64,000 nt of DNA, taken from contig OZ255721.1 of NCBI GenBank assembly GCA_965277285.1, positions 2,304,001-2,368,000 on the forward strand, written 5' to 3'. Positions 31,725-41,514 of the stretch are shown here, piece by piece; the stretch's first letter is position 1, and every line of letters starts with the position of its first letter. The notes under the pieces are model-generated. The model saw only the letters and a program-made list of their open reading frames with translations, was not told the origin of the DNA and searched no databases. Origin of the DNA: Abditibacteriaceae bacterium (lineage in GTDB: Bacteria > Armatimonadota > Abditibacteriia > Abditibacteriales > Abditibacteriaceae). The translations under genes were made by a program, and so were the position numbers.

Positions 31725-33266
31725 TTACAAGGCCGGTTCGGGTTCCATTTCGTGCGGCGGGCAAGAGCGTTTGAGAACCAGCGCGAAGACAAATGAAACC
31801 AGCATAATCAGGCTGCCCGCGAAATAAGGCATTCCCGCGCCGAAGACGGTGAACAAAGTGCCGCCGACGTTGGGGCCGAAAATGCGCCCCAGACTTCCCA
31901 CCGATTGAAAAACGCCGATCATTTCGCCGCGCTCGTTTTCCGGCGACAATTCCGAAACCAGAGCCGTCAAAACCGGCGTCGCAATCGAGTTGCCAAACGC
32001 CAGCAATCCCATCACGGGAAATTCCCACAAAAACGATCTGGGAAGCGGCACCATCGCCAGGCCAATCGCCATCAACAGCGTTCCCACGACAATCAGCGGC
32101 ACTTCGCCGAAACGTTTTTTTAGCGACCCGATCAAACCGCCCTGAACGATGAGCGCGACGATGCCGATGGACGCGAAAATCTCCGCCGCCATTTGCGAGG
32201 CGCGCGGGCGCACCAACAATTTTTCGATTTGGCGCCACGTCATGCCCTCAGGCGCGCTTCGAGTACTCAAATTGAAATCGCCGCCCATCGAAGGCGGATA
32301 CGGCTCGTTTTCGCCATCGCCCAGCGAGACCGCGTTTTCGCCGCCTTCGCCAGTCGGAGATGCCACGACTTTGGTTTGCAACTTTTCGCGCTGCGCTTCG
32401 GCAATCGCGCCGTTTGTGTTCGTGCGAATATAGGTTTGCACTTGAGGCCGCGCGTATTGCTTGATGAGGAACAGCGTGAAGGTTCCCTGCAAAGTCGCAA
32501 AAGCGAGCGTGGCAAAGAACGAAATGGCGATCATGATGTTCAAGCCGGGCAATTTGAAGGCGCGCTGAAAGCCGTGAACGTTGATGAACTGACTGGCTTT
32601 ACCATTGTTGCGCTTCAAATCGGCGGCCTGATTCGATTTGCGCACTTCGGGCGAAAGCGTTTCCGGCAAACGCTTGACGGCCAGCGCCCAGTTGATGAGA
32701 GAAAGCGCGGCAGTAAATAAACCGATGCCCAAGTTACCATTGAAAGGGCTTGGCAAATGCGTCAAAGCGGCGCCGACAGCCGGTCCAATGGCGAAGCCGA
32801 TGCCGAAAATCGCGCCAAACATACCGAAAGTTTTCGAGCGTTCTTCAGGCGGCGTAATGTCGGACAAATAAGCCTGCGCCGTCGAAATGTTTCCCGCTGT
32901 AATGCCGTCAATGAAGCGCGACAAGAAGAGCAATGGCAACGAATGCGCAAACGCGAAAACGATGTAGCCGACGGATGAACCAAAAATCGAATACAGCAAA
33001 ACCGGACGGCGCCCGATGCGATCACTTAAACGCCCCCAGCCGGGCGTTGAAAGAAAACTCATCAGCGAATAAGTCGAGGAAAGCGCGCCGACCAGCATCG
33101 GCGTGGCGCCAAACTGCGACGCATAAACGCCCAACTGCGGAATGATGATGCCGAAACCCAAAATGTCCAAAAAAACCGTCAGCAAAATAACGCGCTTGGC
33201 GGCGTCGTTGGCGGCTTTTTGTTCGGGTGTGAAAGGAGTTCGAGTACTCGATTGCGGTGAAGTCAC
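31725..33266 (-). CDS. MFS transporter, TetA/DHA1-like, with a large loop insertion
   Basis: VFLDILGFGIIIP, GRLSDRIGRRPVL motif A, GFAIGPAVG motif C; GTG start inferred. Confidence 0.88.
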   Translation of the reverse strand: MTSPQSSTRTPFTPEQKAANDAAKRVILLTVFLDILGFGIIIPQLGVYASQFGATPMLVGALSSTYSLMSFLSTPGWGRLSDRIGRRPVLLYSIFGSSVGYIVFAFAHSLPLLFLSRFIDGITAGNISTAQAYLSDITPPEERSKTFGMFGAIFGIGFAIGPAVGAALTHLPSPFNGNLGIGLFTAALSLINWALAVKRLPETLSPEVRKSNQAADLKRNNGKASQFINVHGFQRAFKLPGLNIMIAISFFATLAFATLQGTFTLFLIKQYARPQVQTYIRTNTNGAIAEAQREKLQTKVVASPTGEGGENAVSLGDGENEPYPPSMGGDFNLSTRSAPEGMTWRQIEKLLVRPRASQMAAEIFASIGIVALIVQGGLIGSLKKRFGEVPLIVVGTLLMAIGLAMVPLPRSFLWEFPVMGLLAFGNSIATPVLTALVSELSPENERGEMIGVFQSVGSLGRIFGPNVGGTLFTVFGAGMPYFAGSLIMLVSFVFALVLKRSCPPHEMEPEPAL

Positions 33267-33366
33267 AGGGAAAGTCCGATGTGGAATGAAGTTGAAAAGT
33301 CGCTTGCGAGTATAGCAACGTTGCGTCTTTGAACGATGCGTTGACGCAATGATTTGACGCAATGCG

Positions 33367-33396
33367 TTGACACCAGGCGCGCGGCTGCGATAAGAT
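33367..33396 (+). promoter_or_regulatory. Putative sigma70 promoter of the ilv-leu leader
   Basis: TTGACA-N18-TAAGAT just upstream of the T-box. Confidence 0.6.
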
Positions 33397-33416
33397 TGAA
33401 AGCACAATTTGCTAAA

Positions 33417-33823
33417 GACATTGACGAGGAATAGTAAGCGAAACGAGCGTCCGAGAGAGCTTCTTGATGTGCTGAAAAAGAAGCGACGACACGCCGCCGA
33501 ACTCGCCTCCGAGTCGCTGCCGCGAAAGTTCTCTATTTTAAGTTATGAGTTTTGAGTTGAAGCCGTTTCATTCAAAATTGAAAATCCAAAATTGAGAATT
33601 ATTAGTTGTGGCCGGAAAGCGCGCCGTAATGCGCAATGAAGAGCCTTTGAAAGTTTTTAATTCTCAGTTTTTAGTTCTCAGTTGAGTTGTTCAACTCAAA
33701 ATTAAAAACTCAAAATTGAGAACTGGCGAAGGAACGTGGGTGGTAGCACGGGAGATTTATTCTCTCGTCCCGCGATGGTTTGCGACTTGAAGAAAGTCGG
33801 GACATCGGGACGAGGGTTTTTTT
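33417..33823 (+). ncRNA. T-box riboswitch, Leu (CUC) specifier
   Basis: AGAGAGC bulge, GCTGAAA apical loop, GAA-CTC specifier (33502-33504), T-box AACGTGGGTGGTAGCACG (33733-33750), terminator CTCGTCCC...GGGACGAGGG-T7; upstream of ilvC-leu. Confidence 0.88.
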
Positions 33824-33844
33824 GTGACTGTTAGCGACGAACAA

Positions 33845-33915
33845 CAGAACCCCAAGCGTAAGCGCGGGGCTGACGTAACTGCTACTTTAGCCCCGCGCTT
33901 ACGCTTGGGGTTCTG
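33845..33915. repeat. REP-like hairpin family A, copy 3
   Basis: CAGAACCCCAAGCGTAAGCGCGGGGCT...AGCCCCGCGCTTACGCTTGGGGTTCTG. Confidence 0.88.
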
Positions 33916-33930
33916 AAAAACCGGACGATT

Positions 33931-34269
33931 ATGAAAGAACTGATTTCGCCGTCACAATCCGACACTTTGGTTCTCATCGCGTCCATCTTAGTCGCACTGG
34001 GCGGCGCGCTTTGGGGATTTCGAGTACTCGAGAGGCGTGGTTTGTGGGCGGGACTTGGCGGCGTTCTGGTTTACGTTTTGTGGCAGGCGCACAAATACGT
34101 GACGCGCTATGACGCGCAAAGCGGTTATTTCGGGTTGGATAAAGTGTCGGTTTTGTTGGGCGAAGTCGTCGCGTTTGTTCTTTTGGGAGCGATTTGCGGC
34201 GTTCTATGGAGTAAAATGACAACGTCAAAACCTAAGGAGACAGAAGAAAATGCCACAGATTTATTATGA
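33931..34269 (+). CDS. Small membrane protein of unknown function (about 3 TM)
   Basis: Three hydrophobic segments; overlaps the ilvC start. Confidence 0.7.
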   Translation: MKELISPSQSDTLVLIASILVALGGALWGFRVLERRGLWAGLGGVLVYVLWQAHKYVTRYDAQSGYFGLDKVSVLLGEVVAFVLLGAICGVLWSKMTTSKPKETEENATDLL

Positions 34270-35245
34270 TGCCGATGCGGATTTGAAAGTGCTGGAAGGC
34301 AAGACCATCGCGGTCATTGGTTACGGTTCGCAGGGTCGCGGACAAAGTTTGTGCTTGCGCGACAGCGGCTTGAACGTCATCATCGGCGCGCGCCCGGGCA
34401 AGTCGTGGGACGCCGCCAAAGCTGATGGTTTCGAGGTTGTCGAGACCGAAGAAGCGGCGCGGCGCGGCGACGTGATCCAGATTTTGGCGCAAGACCATTT
34501 GCAGGCCGAAATCTACGACAAGCAGGTCAAGCCGCATTTGACAGCAGGCAAAGCCGTCCTGTTTTCGCACGGTTTCAACATTCATTATGGCTTCATCAAG
34601 CCGCAAAACGACATCGATATTTTGATGGTCGCGCCCAAAGGCCCCGGCCCGTTCGTGCGTCGCCAGTACGAAGAAGGCAAAGGCGTTCCGGCCTTGATTG
34701 CAATTCATCAGGACGCGACAGGTCACGCGCGCGAAATCGGCCTGGCGTATGCCAAAGGTTTGGGCGCCACGCGCGCTGCGGTTTACGAAACCAGCTTCAA
34801 GGAAGAAACCGAGTCCGATTTGTTCGGCGAGCAAGCCGTTTTGTGCGGCGGCGCATCGGAACTGATTCGCGCCGGTTTCGAGACTTTGGTCGAAGCCGGA
34901 TACGCGCCAGAAATGGCGTATTTCGAGTGTCTGCACGAGATGAAGCTGATCGTCGATTTGATGTATGAAAAAGGCATCACGGGAATGCGCGCGGCGATTT
35001 CCGATACGGCGAAATGGGGCGACGTCAACATCGGGCGCCGCATCATCACGCCGGCGACCAAAGACGAAATGCGCAAAGTTCTGAGCGAAATCCAAAGCGG
35101 CCAGTTCGCCCACGAATGGATGGCCGAAAACGCCAGTGGTCGCCACAACTTCGACGCGAAATTGCAAGCCGACAAAGATCATCAGATTGAAAAGGTGGGC
35201 GAAAAACTGCGCGGCGACATGAGCTGGATGAAAGACAAAAAGTAA
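34250..35245 (+). CDS. ilvC: Ketol-acid reductoisomerase
   Basis: IGYGSQG, FSHGFNIH, APKGPG, ETESDLFGEQAVLCGG, AYFECLHE. Confidence 0.97.
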   Translation: MPQIYYDADADLKVLEGKTIAVIGYGSQGRGQSLCLRDSGLNVIIGARPGKSWDAAKADGFEVVETEEAARRGDVIQILAQDHLQAEIYDKQVKPHLTAGKAVLFSHGFNIHYGFIKPQNDIDILMVAPKGPGPFVRRQYEEGKGVPALIAIHQDATGHAREIGLAYAKGLGATRAAVYETSFKEETESDLFGEQAVLCGGASELIRAGFETLVEAGYAPEMAYFECLHEMKLIVDLMYEKGITGMRAAISDTAKWGDVNIGRRIITPATKDEMRKVLSEIQSGQFAHEWMAENASGRHNFDAKLQADKDHQIEKVGEKLRGDMSWMKDKK

Positions 35246-35387
35246 TTCACCGCGAAGGACGCGAAGTGCGCTAAGAAAGAAAAAGAAGAAAAGAAGGTTG
35301 TATCGAGTACTCGATGTGCTGGCCAACTGCTTCTATCTATCTTCCTTCTTCTTTATCTTCGCGCCCTTCGCGTCCGTTCGCGGTGAA
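35246..35387. repeat. Inverted 9-nt-period repeat pair upstream of the GxxExxY gene
   Basis: TTCACCGCGAAGGACGCGAAG ... CTTCGCGCCCTTCGCGTCCGTTCGCGGTGAA. Confidence 0.85.
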
Positions 35388-35398
35388 ACCAAAACGCT

Positions 35399-35776
35399 AT
35401 GCAATTCGACGATTGTACAGGTGAAATTATTGGTGCAGCGATGGCGGTGCATCGTGAACTTGGGCCGGGGCTGTTGGAATCGACGTATGAAGCGTGCTTG
35501 TTTTATGAGTTGGAACAACGCGGTTTGCGCGTTGAGAAGCAAAGAAAGTTGCCAGTTTGTTATCGTGGTGTGCAGCTCGATTGCGGTTATCGCATTGATT
35601 TGTTGGTCGAAAACAGCGTCATCGTCGAACTCAAAGCAGTGGAGAAACTGGAGCCGATTCACGAAGCCCAATTGTTGTCTTATTTGAAGTTGTCCGGCAT
35701 CAAAGTCGGTTTGCTCATCAACTTCAACGTCGAAGTGTTGAAAGACGGTATTAAACGCCGTGTTCTCAATTTGTGA
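35399..35776 (+). CDS. GxxExxY protein (PD-(D/E)XK nuclease-like)
   Basis: LGPGLLESTYE, YRIDLLVENSVIVELK, HEAQLLSYLKLSG...GLLINF. Confidence 0.93.
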   Translation: MQFDDCTGEIIGAAMAVHRELGPGLLESTYEACLFYELEQRGLRVEKQRKLPVCYRGVQLDCGYRIDLLVENSVIVELKAVEKLEPIHEAQLLSYLKLSGIKVGLLINFNVEVLKDGIKRRVLNL

Positions 35777-35899
35777 TTCACCGCGAAGGACGCGAAGAGA
35801 AAAAGAAGAATGAGAGAAATGAAGCCACACCGAAGATTTGATTCTTCTGCTTCTTTTTCTCTTCGCGTCCTTCGCGTCCTTCGCGTCCTTCGCGGTGAA
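35777..35899. repeat. Inverted 9-nt-period repeat pair downstream of the GxxExxY gene
   Basis: TTCACCGCGAAGGACGCGAAG ... (CTTCGCGTC)x3 CTTCGCGGTGAA. Confidence 0.88.
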
Positions 35900-35921
35900 T
35901 CTCTTTTGTAAGGAGGTAGTG

Positions 35922-37688
35922 ATGTCCACAACAATTGATGAAACGACAGAAACGAAGGTGAGCGCATCGCTGCTTCCTTCCGCACAATCGAGTACTCGAA
36001 ATGGCAAATACAAGCCGTTTCCGCCGGTGCTTTTGCCTGACAGAACCTGGCCGGACAAGCAGATCACGCACGCGCCGATGTGGTGTAGCGTCGATTTGCG
36101 CGATGGCAATCAGGCGTTGGCAGTTCCGATGAACCTGGAAGAAAAGCTTGAGATGTTCGAGATGTTGGTGGCGGTTGGTTTCAAGGAAATCGAAGTCGGC
36201 TTTCCTTCGGCTTCGGAAGTCGAGTTCGAGTTTTGCCGCAAATTGATTGAAGAAAATCGCATTCCCGATGATGTCTCGATTCAGGTTTTGGTGCAGGCGC
36301 GCGAGGAACTGATTCGCCGCAGTTTTGAAGCGTTGCATGGCGCCAAAAGCGCGATCATGCACATGTATAATTCGACCAATCCGGCTCAGCGCAAAATCGT
36401 GTTCGGCCTGTCGAAAGAACAAATCAAAGAGATTGCGATTCGCGGCGCAACCTTGATTCGCCAACTCGCTGACGAACAATCGAGTACTCGATGGACGATG
36501 GAATACACGCCGGAATCGTTTGTCTTGACCGAGTTGGAGTATTCGCTGGAAATCTGCGAAGCGGTTGCCGATGTGTGGCGCGCTGATGAAACCAACAAGT
36601 TGATTATGAACCTCCCGACGACGGTTGAAAGCGCGACACCCAACGTTCACGCCGACCAGATCGAGTGGTTTTGCCGCAACTTGCGCGACCGCAATCGCGC
36701 GATAGTTTCCTTGCACACGCACAACGACCGAGGAACCGGCGTTGCGTCTACGGAACTGGCATTGTTGGCCGGAGCCGAACGCGTCGAAGGCACTTTGTTC
36801 GGCAACGGCGAGCGCACCGGCAATTTGGATGTCGTGACGGTTGCTCTCAATATGTTTTCACAGGGCGTCGATGCGGGCTTGGATTTCTCGGATTTGCCGC
36901 GCATCCGCGAAGTCTATGAGCGCAGCACGCGCATGACGGTTCACGAGCGCCATCCTTATGCGGGCGATTTGGTGTTTACGGCGTTTAGCGGTTCTCATCA
37001 GGACGCGATTGCCAAAGGCTTCAAGGTTCAAGACCCGAACGGCGTTTGGGAAGTGCCTTATTTGCCGATTGATCCGCATGACATCGGGCGCGATTACGAG
37101 GCGATTATTCGGGGCAACACGCAAAGCGGCAAGGGCGGTTTCGCCTTTTTGTTGGAGTACAATTACGGTTTCGAGTTGCCAAAAGCGATGAAGGTCGAGT
37201 TCGGCAAAATCATGCAGAAGTATGCCGACGCCAAAGGTGCCGAAGTCTTCGCGGACGAAACTTACAACGTTTTCAAACGCGAATATCTCGACAGCGCCGC
37301 ACCGATTAAACTCGAAAGTTTCCGTTCGTATGAAAGCGATGTTTTGGACGAGGCGAACGCGACATCGAGGACTGGAAATGAAGCGGACGGAACGGTTTCG
37401 TGTCGCGTGAAACTGCTGGTCAACGGAGACGAAAAGTTTACGCAAGGCAAAGGCAACGGCCCGATTGAAGCGTTTGTCAAAGCCTTGAAGAGCATCGGTG
37501 TCAATGGCTTTGAAGTCGTGGATTACAGCCAGAAATCGCTGGGCGGCGGCGCTCAAGCGCGCGCGGTTTCCTACATCGAAATTCGCTGCGAAAACGGTCG
37601 CAAAATGTTTGGCGCCGGTGTTGATACCAGCATCGAACTGGCCTCGATTAAAGCGGTCGTTAGCGCGCTCAATCGCAGTTTGCGCTGA
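35922..37688 (+). CDS. leuA: 2-isopropylmalate synthase (yeast/actinobacterial type)
   Basis: WCSVDLRDGNQAL, LHTHNDRGTG, GNGERTGN, TAFSGSHQDAI; RBS AGGAGG. Confidence 0.96.
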   Translation: MSTTIDETTETKVSASLLPSAQSSTRNGKYKPFPPVLLPDRTWPDKQITHAPMWCSVDLRDGNQALAVPMNLEEKLEMFEMLVAVGFKEIEVGFPSASEVEFEFCRKLIEENRIPDDVSIQVLVQAREELIRRSFEALHGAKSAIMHMYNSTNPAQRKIVFGLSKEQIKEIAIRGATLIRQLADEQSSTRWTMEYTPESFVLTELEYSLEICEAVADVWRADETNKLIMNLPTTVESATPNVHADQIEWFCRNLRDRNRAIVSLHTHNDRGTGVASTELALLAGAERVEGTLFGNGERTGNLDVVTVALNMFSQGVDAGLDFSDLPRIREVYERSTRMTVHERHPYAGDLVFTAFSGSHQDAIAKGFKVQDPNGVWEVPYLPIDPHDIGRDYEAIIRGNTQSGKGGFAFLLEYNYGFELPKAMKVEFGKIMQKYADAKGAEVFADETYNVFKREYLDSAAPIKLESFRSYESDVLDEANATSRTGNEADGTVSCRVKLLVNGDEKFTQGKGNGPIEAFVKALKSIGVNGFEVVDYSQKSLGGGAQARAVSYIEIRCENGRKMFGAGVDTSIELASIKAVVSALNRSLR

Positions 37689-38160
37689 GAGAAACATCGC
37701 GCGAAAAAGAAAGCGAAAAAGACGATTTGTAGGGGCATCGGCTTGTAAGAGCGTCAGCTTGCTGCGCTCGGCCTTCGAGTACTCGATAGATCGATTGGAA
37801 GGTGAAAAGCAAACGGCTCCGCTTCCGGGAAGAAGCGGAGCCGACAGCGCGCGGGTTCAGGGAATGTGGCGGGGAAGTAGGGGAATAGGGGAATAGAAGT
37901 GGTGCGGCAGAAGAACGTCAAGAAGACCCCGAACCGGTCGCTGTATTTCGTTGATTTAAGAATACCCGTCGCGTGTTACGAACTCTTTAAGGCGCGGTAA
38001 ATTATGCAAATCTTTTGCATTAAGAGCGCGCTTAATATAGTGTTGTCGTTGTTCAAGCGAAAAGACGAAAAGTGCAAAATGCGATAAACGCGAGTGTCTT
38101 TCCTTCGTTAAGGAATACGTTTTAGTAAACTTTGCAATTGTATTTTGCGAGGAAAATTTT

Positions 38161-39588
38161 ATGTCTCAACCACAAACATTGTTTGAAAAGATTTGGAACG
38201 CTCACCTCGTGCGCGAGGAAACAGGGCGCGTCCTGCTTTATATCGATTTGCACCTCGTCCACGAAGTGACCAGTCCGCAAGCGTTTGAAGGCTTGCGCTT
38301 GAGCGGTCGCCGTGTGCGTCGCCCCGATTTGACGCTGGCTACGATGGATCACAACGTGCCGACGACCGACCGCAGCTTGCCGATTCTCGACCAGATTTCG
38401 GCCAAGCAAATGGAAACGCTGACGCGCAACTGTCACGAATTCGGCGTCACGATTTTCGACCTGAACGATCCGCGCCAGGGCATCGTTCACATCATCGGCC
38501 CCGAACTGGGCTTGACGCAGCCTGGCATGACGATTGTTTGCGGCGATTCGCACACATCGACGCACGGCGCGTTTGGCGCTCTGGCGTTTGGCATCGGCAC
38601 CAGTGAAGTCGAGCACGTTCTGGCGACGCAGACTTTGCCGCAGCAAAAGCCGAAGACGATGGAAATCCGCATCGAAGGCGAAGGAAAACTTCCGGCGGGC
38701 GTGACGAGTAAAGACATTATCCTGGCGATCATCGGCAAAATCGGCACGGCGGGCGCGACCGGTTACGTCGTCGAATATACCGGCGCGCCGATTCGCAACC
38801 TGTCGATGGAAGGCCGCATGACGATCTGCAACATGAGCATCGAAGCCGGTGCGCGCGCTGGACTGATCGCGCCCGACGAAACGACATTCAATTACCTCAA
38901 AGGCCGTCCGCACGCGCCGCAAGGTGACGATTGGAACACGGCAATCGAGTACTGGAAAACGCTCCAGACCGACGAAGGCGCGACCTATGACGAAACCGTG
39001 ATTTTGCACGTTGACGACTTGGTGCCGCAAGTTTCGTGGGGCACCAATCCGGGACAAACCTTGCCGATCACCGCGAAAGTTCCGTCGCCTCACGATTTCA
39101 GCGACGAAACCGAGCAGAAGAACACCGAGCGCGCTCTGGAATATATGGGCCTGGAAGGCGGCACGCCGCTGGAAGGCTTGAAGCTGGATCGCGTCTTCAT
39201 CGGCTCTTGCACCAATGGCCGCATCGAAGATTTGCGCTTGGCGGCGCATCTCGCCGAAGGTAAAAAAGCCGCCTCGAACGTGAATGTGATGGTCGTTCCT
39301 GGTAGCGGCGCGGTGAAAACGCAGGCCGAAGCCGAAGGTTTGGACAAGGTGTTCAAGGCCGCTGGTTTCGAGTGGCGCGAGCCGGGCTGCTCGATGTGTC
39401 TGGGCATGAACCCCGACATTTTGGAGCCGGGCGAACGTTGTGCGAGCACATCAAATCGCAATTTTGAAGGTCGTCAGGGCAAAGGCGGGCGCACGCATTT
39501 AGTTTCTGTGCCGATGGCCGTCGCCGCCGCGATTGAAGGCAAACTGGTCGATGTGCGCCAGTGGGACAAGGAAAACAAAGGCAAGTAA
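38161..39588 (+). CDS. leuC: 3-isopropylmalate dehydratase large subunit
   Basis: [48 protein letters not shown]. Confidence 0.97.
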   Translation: MSQPQTLFEKIWNAHLVREETGRVLLYIDLHLVHEVTSPQAFEGLRLSGRRVRRPDLTLATMDHNVPTTDRSLPILDQISAKQMETLTRNCHEFGVTIFDLNDPRQGIVHIIGPELGLTQPGMTIVCGDSHTSTHGAFGALAFGIGTSEVEHVLATQTLPQQKPKTMEIRIEGEGKLPAGVTSKDIILAIIGKIGTAGATGYVVEYTGAPIRNLSMEGRMTICNMSIEAGARAGLIAPDETTFNYLKGRPHAPQGDDWNTAIEYWKTLQTDEGATYDETVILHVDDLVPQVSWGTNPGQTLPITAKVPSPHDFSDETEQKNTERALEYMGLEGGTPLEGLKLDRVFIGSCTNGRIEDLRLAAHLAEGKKAASNVNVMVVPGSGAVKTQAEAEGLDKVFKAAGFEWREPGCSMCLGMNPDILEPGERCASTSNRNFEGRQGKGGRTHLVSVPMAVAAAIEGKLVDVRQWDKENKGK

Positions 39589-39621
39589 GCAAATCGAGTA
39601 CTCGATACAAAGAACAACGCC

Positions 39622-40665
39622 ATGCAAAGCGCAGAACGCGACGAACTCGAAAAAACTTTGGCGTCGTTGGGAACAGGCAGCGGCTTGAAGTTGCGTCCGC
39701 AGCTTGAACCGATGGCCGCGCAAATTGCGCCTGATCTTCAACGCATGTTAGAAGATTCGGAGTATTGCGAGTATTTGTGGCAGCGTTTCGGCAAAGCGTT
39801 TGAAGGCCAAAAGCCGCAAGTCGAATTGATGGGACGCATCGTCGATAACTTTCCACCGATTACGCGCGATTCGTTTGAGATGAGTTTGAAGTCGTGGGCG
39901 CAAGCGTTGTTGCTAACGTTGCCGCAAGCGCAGGAAGAGCCGCTTAAAAATTTGCTGCACAATTTTCATCGTCAGCAACGACGTGAGGCTGTCGGAACTG
40001 CTTACCATCCGCGCACTGGAAAAATCGAGCGTCTTCCTTTGTCGGCGCAGCAAGAACGATGGATGGCTTACACCGAAGCGTGCGCAGATGGCGATTTGGA
40101 AAAAGTCAAGGCCTATGTCGCTGAAGGTGTTTTGGTGGAGCAACGCGGTGGTGAGGGAGCAGCAACTTCCGGTTTAAACACGCTAGTTACAAGTGCGTAT
40201 GGCGACGAGAGATTTAAAGTCGCCGAGTTTTTGCTGCAAAATGGCGCCAATATCGAAGCCGACACTCATGCGAACAGACGGCTTACATTGCTTAATTTTT
40301 CCAGTTCTTCAGGCGATTTAGAAATGGTGCGTTTTCTTCTTCAGCACGGCGCTGACGTAAACGGAGACGTAGACCTCAGTTGGTTTGAGGGGTACATCGA
40401 AGAATCAGAGATGAGCGAAGAAGAACGTAACGAAGAGCGCACAAGGCTTGCTGACCCAAATTACGTTGGAGATGACCAAACTCCTTTGATAGGTGCTGCG
40501 ATGGGCGGACACGAAGAAATTGTCAAAGCCTTGATTGAAGCTGGGGCGAACGTTAACGCGTGGTGCGATTCGCGCGGCACGGCGCTTGATTGCGCAGAAC
40601 CGAACGTCGTGGAATTGTCGAAACAACATGGTGCGAAGTACCATTACGGAGAACAAACAGAATAA
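39622..40665 (+). CDS. Ankyrin-repeat protein
   Basis: [43 protein letters not shown]. Confidence 0.85.
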   Translation: MQSAERDELEKTLASLGTGSGLKLRPQLEPMAAQIAPDLQRMLEDSEYCEYLWQRFGKAFEGQKPQVELMGRIVDNFPPITRDSFEMSLKSWAQALLLTLPQAQEEPLKNLLHNFHRQQRREAVGTAYHPRTGKIERLPLSAQQERWMAYTEACADGDLEKVKAYVAEGVLVEQRGGEGAATSGLNTLVTSAYGDERFKVAEFLLQNGANIEADTHANRRLTLLNFSSSSGDLEMVRFLLQHGADVNGDVDLSWFEGYIEESEMSEEERNEERTRLADPNYVGDDQTPLIGAAMGGHEEIVKALIEAGANVNAWCDSRGTALDCAEPNVVELSKQHGAKYHYGEQTE

Positions 40666-41312
40666 TGCAACCATTTACAACTTTAACCGGAGTCGCGGCG
40701 CCGATGGATCGCGCGAACGTGGACACGGACCAGATCATTCCCAAGCAGTTTTTGAAGCGCATCGAACGCACCGGTTTTGGCGAGTTCCTCTTTTACGATT
40801 GGCGCTATGAAGCCGATGGCAAAACGCCGAACCCCGAGTTCGTCTTGAATCAGCCGGAATATGCGGGCGCCGTCGTTTTGGTCGCGTTGCGCAATTTTGG
40901 CAGCGGTTCTTCGCGCGAACACGCGCCGTGGGCCTTGGATCAATACGGTTTTCGCTGCGTCATCGCGCCCAGTTTCGCCGATATTTTCTATAACAATTGT
41001 TTCCAGAACGGCTTGTTGCCGATCATCGTGCCGGAAGAAACAGCGGAGAAGTTGATTGAAACGATTCGCCAGAATCCTGGAATGCAATTGACGATTGATC
41101 TCGTGGCGCAGTCGGTTTCGGGCGAAAATATCGAGCCGATTTATTTCGAGATCGACCAGGAACGCAAGCATCGAATGCTGAACGGTTTGGACGACATCGG
41201 TTTGACGATGCAGCACACCGGCGACATTGATGCGTTTGAATCGAATCGCCCAAAATGGACAAGCCGCGTGTTCGAGCACGATCATTCCAGCGAAAAGCTG
41301 ACAGCCGTGTAA
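40665..41312 (+). CDS. leuD: 3-isopropylmalate dehydratase small subunit
   Basis: [43 protein letters not shown] overlap with the ankyrin gene. Confidence 0.96.
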   Translation: MQPFTTLTGVAAPMDRANVDTDQIIPKQFLKRIERTGFGEFLFYDWRYEADGKTPNPEFVLNQPEYAGAVVLVALRNFGSGSSREHAPWALDQYGFRCVIAPSFADIFYNNCFQNGLLPIIVPEETAEKLIETIRQNPGMQLTIDLVAQSVSGENIEPIYFEIDQERKHRMLNGLDDIGLTMQHTGDIDAFESNRPKWTSRVFEHDHSSEKLTAV

Positions 41313-41331
41313 ATCGAGTACTCGATTGCCG

Positions 41332-41368
41332 AAAAAGTCGCGCACTTAATGGAAAGTGCGCGGCTTTT
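41332..41368 (+). terminator. Probable intrinsic terminator of the leu operon
   Basis: AAAAGTCGCGCACTT-AATGG-AAAGTGCGCGGCTTTT. Confidence 0.6.
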
Positions 41369-41397
41369 GCGGTTTATAATCTATGTCAGAAGTTCAG

Positions 41398-41486
41398 AAA
41401 GTAAGAGTTTGGTCATTCTGAGTGCAGCGAAGAATCTGACTACAGATAGATTCTTCGCTGCGCTCAGAATGACGAACTCTTACTTT
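41398..41486. repeat. REP-like hairpin family B, copy 3
   Basis: GTCATTCTGAGTGCAGCGAAGAATCT...AGATTCTTCGCTGCGCTCAGAATGAC. Confidence 0.85.
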
Positions 41487-41514
41487 CATCGCTTCCCTGC
41501 TTTCGCTGCGCTTA

